Assembly (NCBI RefSeq): GCF_023055435.1
Contig: NW_025963879.1
Location: 24,924,001 to 24,988,000, forward strand
Direction: 5' to 3'
DNA length: 64,000 nucleotides
From: Haliotis rufescens
Lineage: Eukaryota
Shown here: piece after piece, positions 38,827 to 51,886 of the stretch
Layout of the letters: each line of letters starts with the position of its first letter
Position numbering within the stretch: the first letter of the stretch is position 1
Program-made: the position numbers and the translations under genes
Notes under the pieces: generated by a model
Seen by the model: only the letters and a program-made list of their open reading frames with translations
Told to the model about the DNA's origin: nothing
Databases searched by the model: none

Positions 38827-40989
38827 TTACATGAATACAGGAAAAAGCGTTGTTTCTGGTTATTTAGACCCTTTATTCTTGAACTCAAACACTTAGCACA
38901 CATTGAGAAACGTCAGAGTGTTTGACTGCATAATCGTTCACGAATCAAACCATCCAAACTATCGTAGTACCGACTCGATCCGTGTCTAGACTGACAGCGA
39001 CAGCCTGCGGGAATCTATGGATTTACCTTAGTATCTTTATAAACATTGTTCAATGATCGATAAGTGATAATTGATGACCAATATGTAACCGCCACAGGTT
39101 CATTGACAACTCGGAAATCTCTACCGTCATACCCGTCATATTTATCATTTTGTACTTAATGTAAATGTATTACGACGCGCTGACATTCTGACTGACTTAC
39201 TGAGGTAAGACCTTTCTCCTCTAAAGATGATATTTTAGTGATTTTTTGATGTCACCACTGCCATCATATTTAATACTGCCATTGAATTTTGTACTACACT
39301 CTATTGCATACTGACAATGTTATTTCTGTGCAGTAACTTTATTTATTGTATTTTTGATTGTATACCATTTGTTGGGTGTTTGTTGGTTTCACCCTAAATT
39401 CTGTACGAACAAATTTCTGGGTTAACCTATTGTTTTAATATGGAAATCGATACGCACAATATGTCAAAATCCTACATTGATGAGGAATGTTCATATGATA
39501 GATGGAGAAACATCCCTGCTTATACAACATGGGTCTATCGTGCTACTGAATGGCATTCAACAGGTGGAAGGCAATCAGTCAACTGTTCGAAGGTGCAAGT
39601 GGAAAGACATGTGGCCATTTTAATGTAATAAACTTGCTGTTCAGCGAAATAATTTTGTACTTACAACAGATGACATATAAAACTGCGTCAAAGAACAGTT
39701 CTTGCAGCCAGCTGAGTGGTGCAACCATATTGTACATGTCGCATCAATTAAACATGCAATATAAAATAAATAACAAATAAAATAGTTTATATTTAATTCG
39801 AACTTTCTGGACTTCTGCTGTGCTTGTTTAACACGAATGATTTACTACACTGTATAAACTATGCTGCTTGCGTGTGGGATAACAGGTCGCTCTGATTCAC
39901 TGCGGTGCTACAGCGTGGGCCTGCTTTCAGAACCTCCTACTTGTTGTCGAAATCCACTTCTGGTTACACACGTGCATTCGTCACCACTCGACTCTTTCCG
40001 TAAACTGCGAGAAGCTTGTCCCGGAATGACACGAGTTGGTCACGAATGAATCACTTCCTGCTGCTCAATTTCCCTCAACACCAGGTAAGTGTGTGTTGTC
40101 ACAAGGCCTGTGTCTACTTCAGTCATAACGCTACACACCTGTCCTACTGTGTACTGGTAACACCACAAGGGTTCATCTAACTAAACAGTCATCTCCAGGC
40201 AGATTCTCATGACCGGGCACCTAATTAAATGTAACATGTAGGCTAACCGGAATACATCAAAGATCTACTTTCACTATTGCCTTCGATACTTGACTTCAAT
40301 AGTGAGACTGATCCGATGTACGTGTATGTATATATCACCTGTGTCTATTACAGTTATTACTGACATGATCCCTGACAAATGCTTCAGTAAACCATACGGG
40401 AAAATACTTCTACATAACTATATTATTTCACATCTGATATGCTAGTATGTGAACCCTAATAATGTCTCCTACTTTCGATATGGTAATAAGTGGGTGTCAC
40501 CCCATAACTATGTCACGTGATCGATACACTGCACACACTTCATGTTGTAAAGCGAGGGTGTGACCTCGAGTTGTAAAGCACCATTCACTACCTGCTCACT
40601 GATCCCGGGTATACACAAACGGGTGAATGGGTAGCTATAAAACACCTATTTATGCTACCTGTACGACCGCCGAGAGTTGAGAAAATCACACACGCATATA
40701 CACGAGCACGCAAGCACGCAAGCACACACGAACGCATGTGTAAGGCAGAATATTAGTTCTTAATTCATAAGATCTGTATACATCTGAAAAATATTTTATA
40801 CATGTATGACACGGGATATTTGTTAATTGTTTCAAGATCTGGATGATCCAGGCGATGAACGGTAGGATACAAATACCCTTTCTTAACTACAGTCGGTCTT
40901 AGTGTCACGTGTTCAAGAACTGTAAGCTCGGATTGTGGCTAAGATCAGGATGTTTTGTTCAGCGGCTGGTTTGTCATTTTGTAGGTAAG

Positions 40990-43465
40990 ATGGCGACCTC
41001 CCAGAAGTTAACAGAACACTTCCTGACATGCACGATATGTACAGAGGTTTTTGACAAGCCCTGTACACTTGTATGTAATCACACCTTCTGTCGGAAATGT
41101 GTGGTCAACTACACCAAAACCAGACCAGAAGCCATCAGTGCCAAGTCTCTCCTGTGTCCATTCTGCAGGAAGATGACGAAAGTGTCTGCCCCTGAAAGAC
41201 CAGTGGAGGAGTGGGCGGATGACGTCAAGCCTAGCTTTGTCATCCAGGGACTCTTGGACTCGTTTGGCCCCGGATCTAAAGGTGAGAGTTTGTGGTTTGT
41301 ATGAATATAAATGTTATTTCGAAGCAGGTAACTCCACACCTGATTGGATTATAGGAATGTGTGTTGAGTGAGAAGATATTTTGTATGGTTTCAAAATTTA
41401 TCGAAAGTCATTTATTAAGTTGTTTTTAGACTGTATGTAGACTATGAAATCGTATCGTGTACACTGTTTTAACAAGTAACAATGATTATCCGGACATGAT
41501 TCGAAAGGGAGATGGTCTAAGGTCTATCTCAGACACAATCGCTATTTTCTTCTGAAATCTATATGGGGATTTCTATCAGTGAGACAAATCCAATTATTTA
41601 CATACTTTTTCACATTACATCGTATTGGGATGTTATTGATGCATGTTGTCTCACCCGTGTGAGTGATATGCCACATGAACTGCTGTAATAGATAGTGATA
41701 TAGAACTGTTAATATCTCTACATGATTACATTCCTATTTCAGATACGGCTCACTGCAGTTATTGCAAGGAGGAAGGGGAGACAACTCCGGCTACATCTTG
41801 GTGCTCTGATTGTGACGACGCACTCTGTGAACTATGTATACGAGTACACAAACGAATTCCATCTTCCCGACACCATGACGTAGTTGACCTGTCTGGTGAG
41901 ACAAAGGTTAGGGTCAAGAGAAAGGTCATGTGTAAAATTCACAAAGATGAAAACATCAAATACATTTGTAAAGATTGTAAAACAGTTGTTTGTCAACAAT
42001 GCTGCACTATCCATCACAGAAAATGTGACTTGGTTGTTGAAATTGAGTCGGAGATTCCTGCAATAAAAACCGAGCTGAGAAGGAATAAAGAGGATTTGTT
42101 GAAGAAACAGGACGAGGTGAAAACACATGTTAAAAAACAAACCTCAAAAGTCAATGAAGAATTAACACTTTACGTACAAATAGAATCGAATATCAAGTCT
42201 GGAAGTCGCAAAGCAATAGAGATGATCAAATTCAAGGAACAGAACCTCCTGGCTGAACTGAAAGAGATGTCTGACAAACACATTCGAGAACTGAAGGCAG
42301 ACATAAAGTCAGTTGAGATGTCAGTACAGATGTACCAACAACAGGCTGAGCTGATAGACCAGACTCTACAATCTGAGTGTGACATGGGTGTGTATGAGAT
42401 GTACCAGGGATGTGAGGCCGGTGATGTGGAGGCTGTCGGAGTCTCATACGTGAAGGAGAAGGGAAGAATAGCCAGGATCATGTTCAGACAGGACACGGAC
42501 AAGCTGAGTAGAGCACTGGACGATCTACAGCTGGGTGAGATAGACGTCCTGTATGAGGATGTGCTGGACCTGAAGGCTACTCCTGTGTTACAGGACACCA
42601 TTAACGTGCTGGACAGGAAGGCTACTCCTGTGTTACAGGACACCACTAACGTGCTGGACCTGAAGGCTACTCCTGTGTTACAGGGCACCATTAACACCAG
42701 AGTAGCAGGAGATGTACGTCGAGCACACTCCACTGACGTGACGGTGTTAGTGGTGAATGGTACAGACACAATGGTAGTCACAGACTATAGGAACAACAGT
42801 GTGAAGTCCTTTTACACCAGGAACAAGCAGCCAGGTCACAACAGGCTCGTCCGTGGGGTATAACAGTGTTGAAAGACAACCAAGTGGCTGTCACTGTGCT
42901 GGACACCAGTCAGATTGTAACAGTACAAGTCAACCCTGACCTGGTGCTGCTGTCAACCATCACAACCAGCAAACAGTACTGGGGTATAACGTCTCTGACA
43001 CCATCAACACTAGCAGCAAGTTCTAACTCCCCTCCCTGTGTTGATATCCTGGATATGGCGGGACACGTGCAGAGGTCAAATTTTCCAGGCCAACCTAATA
43101 GATACTTCTTGATGAAACTCTCCTTCCTCTGTACCACGAGGACAGGAAACATCCTGGTGTCTGACGTGGGATCCAAGAGTGTCGTGTGTCTGACTCCCGA
43201 GGGAGATGAGGTGTTCACCTACAGCCCTACAGGAGACACAGAAATGGTGCATCCACGTGGTATCACAAGCACCAGCACAGGCGACATCCTGGTGACAGAC
43301 CTCAATCTTGACAGAGTCCTCCATCTGACTGAGGCAGGACAGTTTGTTAAAAACATACTGACATCACAGGACGGCGTCAAGCGTCCACATGGTGTGTGTG
43401 TTGGTGGGCGTGGCCGTATGTACGTGTGTTTGTCAGATACGGTGAAGGTATTTACATTGAAGTGA
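40990..43465 (+). pseudogene. TRIM-NHL-like copy 4, frameshifted (or a truncated 470-aa RBCC-only gene)
   Basis: Exon 40990-41281 and exon 2 from 41743. A 13-bp deletion (agtgtgggtggtc relative to copy 5) after 42848 gives TAA at 42861-42863. The rest of the propeller is open in another frame to 43465. Confidence 0.88.
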
Positions 43466-46032
43466 ATGAACATGTCGCAATCCTCCTTTCAATCAACTGT
43501 AGTCACGTGTGAGTTGAGGATATAGGTTTTGATATGTGTCATTGTGTATTTACCTTTAAGCATATTTCACTGTGTTTTAGTAAAATCACATTTGTATAAG
43601 TGTTTAATCACTCATCTGAGCTTTGCTATTTGAATTTGTTGAATGAAGATTTAATCATACATGGTCTGTAAGTGTACACATTATATTTGTAATGTCAATA
43701 GCAAGACACGGCTATTTACTACTGCTTCAGACCTAATCTGAACATGTTTTCCATTGTTTATATTACAAACTTCGAATGTAAGTGGATTTGATAAAAGATC
43801 ATTATATCGAAAACCAGATCCTCCGCATGATGTGTTTTTCATTTGTGCAACCACTATGACAGTGAAACGGAGCTAGTCCTTCTGTGTTATAACTAGAAGT
43901 GGTGTGAGCTGAGATGGTGTAGGATGGATATTTACATGACAGTAATCCTTGCTTGCTATGTTGAGGACACTGTTTTGTTACAGATTTACACACGGGGCGC
44001 CGTTTTACTATTTATTCCGCATGATGTGTTTTTCATGTTTGCACCACAATGCGAGTGTAACATGGAGCTATTCCTTTTGTTCAGGACTGTTTTATTACAG
44101 GTTTATATATCAAGCGCCGTTTTACTATTTATTCCTGATTTTATATTTTATAATTCATTTAATCATCCCCCAAAATGAATTATTTGGAATTATCATCATG
44201 CCAGTGTATTATGGATCTATTCGTGATATCTGATATATCTGTGTAATATTTACATGACAGCCAGACTTATAGGCATTCTTACGACCACAATGATCCGGGC
44301 GACAGTTGCTGAGTTCGACAGGCTGATCGTGGCTGCACACCGCCAAACCTGTCAACGTGAAAAGCCCGTATTAAGCAGCCATTGTGACCAACCGATCACC
44401 AATTTAGTCACCTTGTATAACATGTGTAGGAATCAAGGGACGAATTTAAGTACAATGTCAGCCTCAGTGTTCAACAGAATCACCTGAAACTACTATTGTA
44501 CATATATACATTAAATGTACTGATTGTTTTGGTAACTTTACTGAACTGTTTCGCGTTTTGAAGCACAGAACCGACAGCTCTCTCGTTTCTGTGGTGATGA
44601 CACTTGTCACATTCACTTGGCTTCTGAGCGGTCGAAGGGAGATAAATCGTGATTGGATGTTTTGTGAAGCGCAATAAAATACAGTGAACGAAAGTACACG
44701 TGAAGCCAGGAACATTTAATCACAAAGAGTGCTGTTTATGTGTGTTGCAAATAAATGAATCGACTGTAATTCTGTTTGTTGGTCAACAATGCGATATTCA
44801 AGCTGCATGTATGACGGTAAATAATCGAGTATGAACGCGAGAAAGCAGTGACTGACATCACGAGCAACATCCCAAGTCGTTGGGTCACGATGACACTGTA
44901 TCAACCAAGTAGCGGAGTCTGACCATTTGGTCGCCTCGTACGACACGCACAGGATGCTGAGGATCTATTCTAACCCGGAATCCCCATGTGGAGACCTTCA
45001 TTGGCTGCTTGTTGTTCACCGCCAGAGCGATAAAGACGCACAAAGGCCTTTTGGTATTCATAGGAAATCTCTGCGTTAAGCAGAGTCGACTGTATGATTC
45101 CGACTATATCATGAGCAAGTCTTTATTGAACACCTTCAAACTGTGATGATACCAGGTGTTTGCTAAAAGGTGAGCGTATCCTGTCCCACCGGCGTCTCCC
45201 ATTACCAGCAAGTCAGTTGTTCACCTGAAAAGACACTGAAACATGTGGATCAAGTCCAAACAGGGAATTACATCTGACATCAGTTTCACCATGTTTCTTT
45301 GCCGACGTGGGCAACCTGAACATACTATACAATCAATAGAAGCAAGTGAACTATTCTAGACCTGTGGGAGTGTTCACGACCTGTGTACCGTTGTTTTGTA
45401 CCCAGGTACATGCATCTACATGTTCACGATGTTCTCTGATTTCTATGTTACCTTTCACCTACCCTGCAGACATAAAATTGTACCTAGTTTTTGGTGCAAA
45501 TAAAGAAGATTTGTCAAAGTCTCCGTAACTGTAGCACCAGAATCCTTTTTTCCCCTTGTCGTTATACCTTACTCACTCACTCACTCACTCAAAAACAGAC
45601 TAACACAACGCATATTACTGTGTCTGAATATGGACTGCTCAACAGAATATAATGGAATAAAAGTTACTGCACACAAGTTAATCTACCATGTGCCATTCAA
45701 GTAACAACAAGGATGCTTCATAAAAATGAAATAAAATATTCACGAATTTGTACAGCGAATCTATTCACGTTGTGCGAATTTCTGATGGACATGTCTGTCT
45801 GCGCATATTTGGAGCCCATACAGACAGGCATCTCTCAACCCACCTAGGTGTTTTGAAGAAAACTTTCGCTGATAAAGTAATGATCCGTTTTAGAGATGCG
45901 GGGTTAGATAGAGTTCATCATTTATCAAAATGTGCATCGTTCTAATATTAGTCATAATGTTTCATACAATGCGAGATAAGGACATGAAGGATGGTCAGAC
46001 AATTTGGAGGCGACGCTAGATAATCATCAGTA

Positions 46033-46229
46033 TTGTTTGTTTGTTGTTTAACGCCGAACTCGGCAATGTTGCAGCTATATGACGGCAATTGGGATACGAT
46101 GACATGCATCAACCAAGTCAGCGAGCCTGACCACACGATCCCGTTACTCGCCTCTTACGACAAGCATTGTCGCCATTTACAGCTAGCATGGGTAGCTGAA
46201 TACCTATTCTACCCCGGATCTTCACGGGT
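46033..46229 (-). mobile_element. Family D element
   Basis: Paralog of 35788-35986. Confidence 0.75.
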
Positions 46230-47009
46230 GTTATCAGTACTAAGTGGCATACGCAAATAATCAATAGATATCGCATATATTGATACTAACACATTGAATA
46301 TTCTAATACACAAAGCAAAAAACAGGAAACCTGGGTACAAAAGGAAAACTCCTGGTAGATTTGACGTATCAAAGTAATCAGTAGGCCATGTGTTTGTCAT
46401 GTAAACATTTTGTGGGACATTGCTATGTCCATCCAACACCAACAGGCATACGTCACCCATGCCGCGGTCAACGTGACTTCAAGAATATTGAATTATGTAC
46501 CAGCTGAGAAGAAGATGTCTTGGGTCGGAAATTTGAGTCTGAACACACACGTTAATACTACGTCACATATTGTAGGTACAGCACTAGTATGCCCGTTGAT
46601 GTCAGATCAGCGTTTATGAGATATACACATGGCCTATAAAATGTCATCAAATACTCAGGATTCCTAAGGTGGACTTGCTGGAGTGGGCTATGTTAATACT
46701 TGCGAAAAATCAGACATGGGATAAGTGCAGATAAGGTATGATACATCAATCAAAGTCTATCATACCTTCTCTGGTATGACAACAATATTTGTTAGATCTT
46801 TTTCTGAAACATCCGAGGCTTCACAAATAGTGCAGCTGTTTTCTTATCCTTTATCATGTGATTCATGGACACACGCATTACTTTGAGCTGATAAAACTTC
46901 ACAAAATGTGTTCCCTTGAAAAGATAAAATGATAAAGGTAAATGATTAACTTAAGCCATTTTTAAGTTTGGCACGTATACTAGTTGTTCGTTATTTTTAT
47001 GCCACAGTC

Positions 47010-48131
47010 AGAGCAGAGCAGTACCACCTATTGTCCGGGGACTGGTCAAATGACGCATCTTAGTCCTCCCCAGAGGCCACCATTGTACTGTTACAGGATA
47101 TGAGGGGGAGGAGCAGAGACGTACCACCTATTGTCCGGGGACTGGTCAAATGACGCGCCTGAGTCTTCCCCAGAGGCCACCATTGTACTGTTACAGGATA
47201 TGAGGGGGAGGAGCAGAGCAGTACCACCTATTGTCCGGGGACTGGTCAAATGACGCGCCTGAGTCTTCCCCAGAGGCCACCATTGTACTGTTACAGGATA
47301 TGAGGGGGAGGAGCAGAGACGTACCACCTATTGTCCGGGGACTGGTCAAATGGCGCATCTGAGTCTTCCCCAGAGGTCATCATTGTACTGTTACAGGATA
47401 TGAGGGGGAGGAGCAGAGCAGTACCAGCTATTGTCCGGGGACTGGTAATTGGCCTGTGGAGGAATCTAACTCCCAAACATTTCTGAACATTATGGGTCCA
47501 CTTGATGCACATGTCTGACACCACGTTCCTTGTTTTCACGTGGGTCTCTTGAACCATTACATCAAGTATCTCAACTTTGGTAACATCAAGTATCTCAACT
47601 TTGGTAACATCAAGTATCTCAACTTTGGTAACATCAAGTAGCTTACCGTTGATTACGTCAAGTGGCCCAACTTTGGGTTACATCACGTAGCTCACCTTTG
47701 GTTACATAAATTAGCTTACCTTTGGTTACGTCAAGTAGCTCACCTTTGGTTAGATAAATAAGCTTACCTTTGGTAACTTCAAGTAACCCACCTTTGGTTA
47801 CATCACGTAGCTCACCTTTGGTTACATATATTAGCTTACCTTTGATTACATCAAGTAGCTTACCATTGGTTTCATCCAGTAGCGTACTTGTGGTTACATA
47901 AATTAGCTTACTTATATATACTTTAACATTCCGTTGTCTCATATGCATACGAGTAGTAGTAGTATGAGTGAGTGAGTTTAGTTTTACGCCGCTTTTAGCA
48001 ATATTTCAGCAATATCACAGCAGGGACACCAGAAATGGGCTTCATGTCGGGAATCGAACCCGGGTCTTCGGCGTGACGAGCAAACGCTTTAACCACTAGG
48101 CTACCCGACCGCCCCAGTAGCAGTAGTAGTG

Positions 48132-48168
<37 letters not shown>

Positions 48169-49195
48169 CAGTAGTAGTAGTAGTAGTAGAAGTCGTTGTA
48201 TGCCATAAAGAGACCTGTTCAAGTCGCATACAGAAGGTATAAAACATACATAATAATGAGAGAAATACGTCAGTAGTCAATCATATCATATCACGTGTCT
48301 TGAGCCAGTGAAGAGAACGAAGAAGAGGAAAAATAATTATTTTTTATGTTTTATATCCGAGCGAGTGAATGCTGTTTAACGCCACAGTCAGCAATATGCT
48401 ACTAAAAGCACAACGTGAAGAAGTGTTGGGCTAAACAGTGCTTGGTGGCATCAGCAAAGAACCAGGTCGTCGGGCACGATGAAACAATCTAAGCATGGGA
48501 TCTTGAAGAATGTATGAAAGAACACGTGACAGGTGAGCTCACAGCGGTGTTTCCAATGACAAAGGACCATAAGAACTCACTCTAATGCATTAACCACCAA
48601 CACTATTGCACAATCGACCCACACTTATGCATCAGTAACCAACACTAATGCATCAACAGCCAACACTTATACAACAGCAACCCACACTAATAATTCAGCA
48701 ACCAACACTAATGCATTAGGAACCCACACTAAAGCATCAGGCACCCACACTAATACATTAGCAACTAACACTCATGCGTTAGGAACCCACACTAAAACAT
48801 GATGCACATACACTAATACATTAGCAACCAACACTCATGCATTAGCAGCCCACACTAAAGCATCAGGCACCCACACTGATACATTAGCAACTAACACTAA
48901 TACTTTTACAACCCACACTGATGCATTAGCAACCAACACTTGTACATTAGCAACCCACACTAATACATTATCAACCCACACTAATACATTTCAACCCACA
49001 ATAATACATTTCAACCCACACTAATACATTATTAACCAACACTTATACATTATCAACCCACACTTATACATTAGCAAACCACACTAATACATGAGCAACC
49101 CACACTAATGCACCAGAAACCAACAGATGCATTAGCAACCCACAATTATGCATTAGCAACCTACACTAATGTATTAGCAACCCACACCAACCCAC
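47010..49195. repeat. Satellite cassette: 100-bp (~4 units), 24-bp array, (AGT)n, spacer, 21-bp array
   Basis: Same order as in unit 1. Confidence 0.88.
47966..48115 (-). mobile_element. tRNA-derived SINE family A inserted in the (AGT)n microsatellite
   Basis: Homologous to 18976-19143; empty site at ~10117-10165. Confidence 0.9.
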
Positions 49196-49270
49196 ATTGT
49201 AAGCAGTAGTGCGTGGACATCAGTGTTTGGAACACTCAATACCTGAATGTTTCTGCTGACCTGACGTGAC

Positions 49271-49295
49271 GGGGAATCCCCTTGTAGTGACGTCA
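49271..49295. promoter_or_regulatory. NF-kB plus CRE composite element upstream of copy 5
   Basis: GGGGAATCCCC at 49271-49281 and TGACGTCA at 49288-49295. Confidence 0.55.
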
Positions 49296-51886
49296 TATTC
49301 AAGAAGAACACGTATTCTCCTGTCATCACTGATTTTCAGTGGTCCATTCATCTGTAAATTCACTGCTATTTTGCCCTTTTAGCCAAATGGGATCTGATTA
49401 TTTAGACAGCTTATTCTCTTCTCTTCCATTGACAATTTACATTTGAAACATCAATTGTTTTAGTTACTTTAATTAGCAAAACATTTTGTAGTATTTATTT
49501 TGTTGTTAAACACTGATTGCAACTGTATTACATTGTTTCTGTTGACATTGCATGGAAAGAAAATAAAGTTTACACTATATACGTCTTTTCCTTTGGACAA
49601 GAGGTCGCTCACATGACGTTCATAACGACACAACTTGATATTCTTACGTTTTTCAGGAGACCGTATTCTTGAAATGACATAAACACCGACGGACTACTTA
49701 CACTTTCCTGGGAAACCCCTAGGAATTTCCTTACACGAATACATGAAAAAGCGTTGTTGCTGATTATTTAGACCCTTTATTCTTGAACTCAAACACTAAG
49801 CACACACTGAGAAAACGTCAGAGTGTTTGACTATCGTAGTATCGACTCGATCCGTGTCTAGACTGACAGCGACAGCCTACGGGAATCTATGGATTTACCT
49901 TTGCATCTTTATAAACATTTTTCAATGATCGATAATTGATAATTGATGATCAATATGTAACCGCCACAGGTTCATTGACAACTCGGAAATCTCTACCGTC
50001 ATACCCGTCACGTTTATCATCTTGTACTTAATGTAAATGTATTACACGCGCTGACATTCTGACTGACTTACTGAGGTAAGACCTTTCTCCTCTAAAGATG
50101 ATATTTTCTTTATGCATTTGTTTTTAGTAATTTTTTAATGTCACCACTGCCATCATATTTAATACTGCCATTAAATTTTGTACTACACTCTATTGCATAC
50201 TGACAATGTTATTTCTGTGCAGTAACTTTATTTATTGTATTTTTGATTGTATACCATTTGTTGGGTGTTTGTTGGTTTCACCCTAAATTCTGTTACGAAC
50301 TAATTTCTGGGTTAACATATTGTTTTAATATGGAAATCGATACGTATCAATATGTCAAAATCCTACATTGATGAGGAATGTTCATATGATAGATGGAGAA
50401 ACATCCTTGCTTATACAACATTGGTCTATCGTGCTACTGAATGGCAGCCAAGAGGTGGAAGGCATCAGTCAACTGTTTGAAGGTGCAAGTGGAAAGACAT
50501 GTGGCCAGTTTAATGTAATAAACTTGCTGTTCAGCGAAATAATTTTGTACTTACAACAGATGACATATAAAACTGCATCAAAGAACAGTTCTTGCAGCCA
50601 GCTGAGTGGTGCAACCATATTGTACATGTCGCATCAATTAAACATGCAATATAAAATAAATAACAAATAAAATAGTTTATATTTAATTCGAACTTTCTGG
50701 ACTTCTGCTGTGCTTATTTAACACGAATGATTTACTACACTGTATAAACTATGCTGCTTGCGTGTGGGATAACAGGTCGCTCTGATTCACTGCGGTGCTA
50801 CAGCGTGGGCCTGCTTTCAGAACCTCCACCTTAACACAGTCCTACCTGTTGTCGAAATCCACTTCTGGTTACACACGTGCATTCGTCACCACTCGACTCT
50901 TTCCGTAAACTGCGAGAAGCTTGTCCCGGAATGACACGAGTTGGTCACGAATGAATCACTTCCTGCTGCTCAATTTCCCTCAACACCAGGTAAGTGTGTG
51001 TTGTCACAAGGCCTGTGTCTACTTCAGTCATAACGCTACACACCTGTCCTACTGTGTACTGGTAACACCACAAGGGTTCATCTAACTATACAGTCATCTC
51101 CAGGCAGATTCTCATGACCGGGCACCTAATTAAATGTTACATGTAGGCTAACCGGAATACATCAAAGATCTACTTTCACTATTGCCTTCGATACTTGACT
51201 TCAATACTGAGACTGATCCGATGTATGTGTATGTATATATCACGTGTGTCTATTACAGTTATTACTGACATGATCCCTGACAAATGCTTCAGTAAACCAT
51301 ACGGGAAAATACTTCTACATAACTGTATTATTTCATATCTGATATGGTAGTATGTGAACCCTAATAATGTCTCATACTTTCGATATGGTAATGAGTGGGT
51401 GTCACCCCATAACTATGTCACGTGATTTATACACTGCACAATGTTCATGTTGTGAAGCCAGCGGGTGACCTCGAGTTGTAAAGCACCCTTCACTATCTGC
51501 TCACTGATCCCGGGTACACACAAACGGGTGAATGGGTAGCTATAAAGTACCTATTTATGCTTCCTGTACGACCGCCGAGAGTTGAGAAAATCACACACGC
51601 ATATACACGAGCACGCAAGCACGCAAGCACGCACGCACGCACGTGTAAGGCAGAATATTAGTTCTTAATTCATAAGATCTGCATACATCTGAAAAATGTT
51701 TTATATGACACGGGATATTTTAATTGTTTCAAGATCTGGATGATCCAGGCGATGAACGGTAGGATACAAATATTCTTTCTTAACTACAGTCGGTCTTAGT
51801 GTCACGAGTTCAAGAACTGTAAGCTCGGATTGTGGCTAAGATCATGTTGTTTTGTTCAGCGTCTGGTTTGTCTTTTTGTAGGTAAG

